37,605 nt of DNA, from contig JAUCBJ010001262.1 in the NCBI GenBank assembly GCA_032718475.1, positions 1-37,605 of the forward strand, read 5' to 3'. The first letter of the stretch is position 1. Every line of letters starts with the position of its first letter. Below the pieces are notes generated by a model, which was given only the letters and a program-made list of their open reading frames with translations, was not told where the DNA came from and did no database searches. The DNA is from Nemertoderma westbladi. Lineage: Eukaryota; Animalia; Xenacoelomorpha. Below, one piece after another: positions 32,911-37,605 of the stretch. Both the position numbers and the translations under genes were made by a program.

Positions 32911-34541
32911 TTGTGGGGCGAGCCACGAAGTTGGCGGAGCCTTAGCGAATTGACACTGTTAGGGGGTGGGTCAATTTATGCAAATAGTTGTCGTCGTCGT
33001 CGTTGTCGTCGTCGTCGTCGTCGTCGTTGTCGTCGTCGTCGTCGTCGTTACGATTTTGACATGCTAATAACTTTGTCGGATTTAAAGCTGCCAAGTTGAA
33101 AATTTGTAGGTATCAATATGAGCAAAAGTTGAGATTTTTGAGAGACTTTCAGACACCATCAGTGCAATGGTCTCCCGCTAGAGGGCCACATGTCTAAACA
33201 TTAAATGCCCTCCCATTTCTTTGCTTTTAATCCGTTTAAGCTGAAACTTGGCAGATATGTATTAGACCATTAGCTGTGACTTTCAAAGGAGGCGAATCCA
33301 TCTGCAGTTCTCCAGTCTGCCGCTAGAGGGCCAAAGGTCTGAAAGTGAAATCGTTGTCGTCGTTACGATTTTGACATGCTAATAACTTTGTCGGATTTAA
33401 AGCTGCCAAGTTGAAAATTTGTAGGTATCAATATGAGCTAAAGTTGAGATTTTTGAGAGACTTTCAGACACCATCAGTGCAATGGTCTCCCGCTAGAGGG
33501 CCACATGTCTAAACATTAAATGCCCTCCCATTTCTTTGCTTTTAATCCGTTTAAGCTGAAACTTGGCAGATATGTATTAGACCATTAGCTGTGACTTTCA
33601 AAGGAGGCGAATCCATCTGCAGTTCTCCAGTCTGCCGCTAGAGGGCCAAAGGTCTGAAAGTGAAATCGTTGTCGTCGTTACGATTTTGACATGCTAATAA
33701 CTTTGTCGGATTTAAAGCTGCCAAGTTGAAAATTTGTAGGTATCAATATGAGCTAAAGTTGAGATTTTTGAGAGACTTTCAGACACCATCAGTGCAATGG
33801 TCTCCCGCTAGAGGGCCACATGTCTAAACATTAAATGCCCTCCCATTTCTTTGCTTTTAATCCGTTTAAGCTGAAACTTGGCAGATATGTATTAGACCAT
33901 TAGCTGTGACTTTCAAAGGAGGCGAATCCATCTGCAGTTCTCCAGTCTGCCGCTAGAGGGCCAAATGTCTGAAAGTGAAATCGTTGTCGTCGTTATGATA
34001 TTGACATGCTTATAACTTTGTCGAATTTAAAGCTGCCAAGTTGAAAATTTGTTTTGTTGAAAATCAGTTCAACAGTCACCCGCTATAGGACTACTTTATG
34101 CCTGAAAGTGAATAGATTCTCCCGTCTCATTGATTTTAATCAGTTTAAGCTGAATCTTGCCATATATTCTGGACCACATGCTGCGTCTTTGTGGGGGGGG
34201 GGGGGGGGGGGGGGGAGATTTAATCGGTCTGCCGCTATACGACGAAATTTCTGAAAGTGAGATCCGTCTCTCATTTCGTTATCCGTTATTCAAGATGAAA
34301 CTTGGCCGATGTACGTATGTACTATTCATCCATAGGCTGTGTCTTTGTGGGGCTGGAGACCCTAATCCATCTTCAGTTCTCACTATACCGCTAGAGTCAG
34401 AAATGTCTGAATAGAAATGAAAGAGGTAAAAAGTGATTAGGCGAAATCTGCTTAAAATTTGCTAATACAGTAATACTTTCGAATTAGTACTTAAATTAAA
34501 TTTAAGTCACGTGCTGCGCGAAGGCCCCACTTCGTGTAGTT
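32911..34541 (+). mobile_element. Helentron/DINE-1-like non-autonomous element with microsatellite and central tandem array
   Basis: 5' tgtggggcgagccacgaagt, then a (GTC)n tract at ~32987-33049, then 315-bp repeats, then 3' gtgctgcgcgaaggccccac (gtggggc/gccccac subterminal inverted repeat). T-rich flanks, no TSD, termini shared with 24905-25357. Confidence 0.75.
33041..34052 (+). repeat. 315-bp tandem repeat, about 3.2 near-identical copies, each with two CTCF-like motifs
   Basis: cgattttgacatgct at 33051, 33366, 33681 (variant at 33996). ccgctagagggcca at 33175, 33320, 33490, 33635, 33805 and 33950. Confidence 0.95.
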
Positions 34542-36079
34542 ATAATATGTGTTGTAACAATTATAAGATAAACCGAGAGAAAGCCGCCCCAATATTAGAT
34601 TATTACAACAACATATCCATTGGGTAAGAAAGTGGAGGAGAGCCAGCCCGTCTCTTAATTTTTTACTTTATATTACGCGATCAATTTTCACTCATCTCGT
34701 CATGAACCCAACATGTATGTAACCTTTTGTTAAATTTGTTGGCTATGCGTTTGCGGTTGTTTGGGCGGAGTGTGGTAGGCCTACACTTTTCACACTTAAA
34801 TATTTTGGTTGTGAAATGTTACAGGGCATAGCTATCTGAGATATTTCATTTATATTTTATTATGAGAGGAAGAAGAACATACAACGTTATTTACTATATA
34901 TGTAACAAAATAATTGTTTTCGGGTTTAACTTGGAAGCCTCCCCAAATAGTTGATATACAATTATATTTAAAATTATTTCCATGGTCATGGTCATTCACC
35001 CGTCTTTAGTTAGAAATTTGTTTGCATGAAAGACAGTTCAGTTTAGTTTTTACTGATTTATTATCTCTTATCTGACTGGGGTAATAATAAAGGATAGGAT
35101 AAATGGAAGCAAAGTGTGACAGTAACAAATATTTCCCCGTCACCCTAGCATGTCTTAAGTATATGATATATCAAAGGGGGAAGTTTGGATTCACTGCATA
35201 AATGCAGTTCACCAAACTTCCCCCGAATGCACACTGTAACTTCCCCCTTCCCCCAAATATCCACTGTTGAATTAATTTGAAGCGATATAATAAGTACAAA
35301 ATTGTGCGAGTTTTTAATTGTGTGTTCCAATTGTTATTTGATTTCTATTTATTATTTAAAGTGCATTTAATATCACACTGGTTTTTAGAATATTATACTA
35401 TACAACCTTATGTTTTATTAATTTACCCAATCGAAGCCTCATAAGGGCCGGTTATTTGTACGCATATCCCCTAATGCGCTCAGTAAGGTTCAAACAACAT
35501 ATTAATATGAAAATAAAGTATCTGCAAAGAAAATAACCCAATACTATATAATTTGACCTTATTAAAAAATTTGCACTTTTGCACACTTATTTGTATAAAT
35601 GCACTTTAGCAGATCGTAATGGTGGCTCTTATTTAACAAACTTATGTTTATCCTCTACCGATCTACGATGGTGTATGATCAAGTGTCATTCGCTAAAAGT
35701 GTCAAAAATCCAATTTAATAAATCTGGATTTGCGATTTTGGACCATATTCATGGATATTTTAAGTCACTTTATAGACATAAAAAGTTAAACAAATGTTAC
35801 GATTATAGTTAGAAATCATTCCAAACTACATTTTAATCCAAAAAATAACATTCTACGATGAATAGAACTGGAAATAATAGTGTTTGAAATATCGAAAAAA
35901 TGTTCACTATTTAAGTGCATTTTGCACTAAGTGCACATGCGTCTTTTCCCAAGTTGTATCCTATTTCACAAATTACAATCTATCCTCTATCCAATGAAAA
36001 AAGTTTCAGATTAAACGGCCCAGTAGAACCGAAGTTATTGATGTTTAAAAATAGTCACCCGAAAATTTCAAATTCTCTT

Positions 36080-36153
36080 GGTCACATACTCTAGTGGTTA
36101 TCAATCACGTTAATGAAACCTAAGTTCGCGGGTTCGAAATCCAATATTGACCT
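36080..36153 (+). pseudogene. Degenerate tRNA-like sequence (tRNA pseudogene or SINE head)
   Basis: About 73 nt with GGTCA...TGACC acceptor-like ends, A-box-like CTCTAGTGGTTA and B-box-like GGTTCGAAATCC. D, anticodon and T stems pair poorly. Confidence 0.4.
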
Positions 36154-37605
36154 GACCATTCTTAATTTTTTTTGCAAAAAAAATTATTTTTATTTTTTCA
36201 CTAAAATCGCTCTAACTTCGGTTCTGGTGGTCCAAATTCAATAAAATTGGTATATTCTTTGCCGTAATTTTTTTCTTAATCTTTTGAGAAGGGGTTATTT
36301 TGGGCCCCAAAAAAATTTAAAAAAAGGGCCAAAATAACGCGATATTTTTCGACCCTTAAAATTCGTAATTTTAATTATATATGTTAAGATAAAAGATAGC
36401 GGAGTTAATTTGATACTTTTTACAGGTACTTTTGGCGCAATACGCTAAATTATAATGGAATAGCGATTTGTTAAAAAAAAAATTTTTCGTCCCTTTTTAT
36501 AAATATTATATTTCACACGATCGCCTGCCGCTCCAGTTTTATAATACCTCCCCAGCGCTGTGATTAACGCTGTTAGATAGATAATTTAACGCACTATAAG
36601 TCTGTGTAAACAAATCTCCCGTAAGTTAAGTAGTTTTCGAGCTAGACGATTTCCCGCGAAGCAAGTTTGAAGCGCGAAATTATAATTTTGGCCCTCATTT
36701 TTTTAATATCATCCTTGGAGCAAAACCGATAGCATATTTGAATTCCCCGTATGGATATTGACTGTATAGAATGTACCTTAACCAACTAAAGTTAAAAATA
36801 AAAAATTATTCGATAAAAACTACTTTACAAATTCTGGCCCTTTTTGGCCCCTATTGCCGACATATTTTTTGTACCCCCATTCGATAGGAACGTAGCCCCA
36901 ATGGTCTTCTACGAGTTTCATAAAAGAATTAGTGGATTCCTACCCGCGTTGTCGAATTAAACATTTCGGAAATAAGTTTTCCAAAAAAGACGGACAAAAA
37001 CGTACAAATTTACAGCCCCTTTTTCCACCCGAAATTTTAATAAATATCTTACCCCCATTCGATACGAAGGTAGTACCACTCTTCCCCTTTCCAACCGCGT
37101 TACTTTCGTCCCCGTACGATTAATATTAGCCGAGTTATAGCGGATCCCGCAAAGTCATTTTGTCCGTTTTTTCAACTTTGACGGACATTTTCGGAAAAAA
37201 GGCGTGGTAATCTTTTTTGAAAAAAAAAACGAATTCACTAATTAATCCCTTCTATCGTATCCCGGCGTCGGCTAAGCAATAACCTAGGGTTTTTTCGAGC
37301 CACTGTAGAGCGCCTTTCAAAAAAATTTTAAAATTGTCGAAAAAATGACGGTTTTTTGTCCGCCGTGTCCGTCGAAGGGTTAGATTTAATAATGTTAGAG
37401 TTGCTAATATCTTAGAATTCCGAGCCGCTCCCCTGGTGAGAAAATAAAAAAATTTGGTCAGTTCCTTCATCGAAAAGTCCCCCAGAATCCCAAGTTAACC
37501 TATATAGTTAGCGATGGCCTGCGGCTTTAGGAGCGGCCGCGGTATTCACCTCCCTCATAGCGGCCGCGGCGGTGTTGCGTCAAATGGAGAAATATTTATC
37601 CCACC

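Noticed and set aside
32911-33099. Protamine-like poly-Arg ORF
   Set aside because: Translation of the (GTC)n microsatellite in the Helentron-like element; TTG start.
35400-37500. Probable further transposon-derived DNA (e.g. cccccattcgata twice)
   Set aside because: Could not define termini, TSD or coding remnants, so it is not called as a feature.

Overview
Animal (probably invertebrate bilaterian) nuclear DNA: AT-rich, repeat-dense, with no prokaryotic or CRISPR features. It holds five host genes whose coding regions are each one uninterrupted ORF: a peripherin-2/ROM1-like tetraspanin head-to-head with RNPS1, two near-identical stomatin paralogues, and an animal-type phosphomevalonate kinase. 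Between them are a ~9.6-kb satellite of ~70-bp units, several non-autonomous TIR transposons (some with target-site duplications, some nested), a 5'-truncated RTE-like LINE inside a MITE, two Helentron/DINE-1-like elements, long palindromes and a degenerate tRNA-like sequence. Most notable are: a 315-bp tandem array inside a Helentron-like element with six same-strand CTCF-like motifs (three with the upstream module); the absence of coding introns; stomatin copies that differ almost only at the N-terminus; and a minisatellite overlapping the tetraspanin stop codon. All calls are by eye; no database searches were run.
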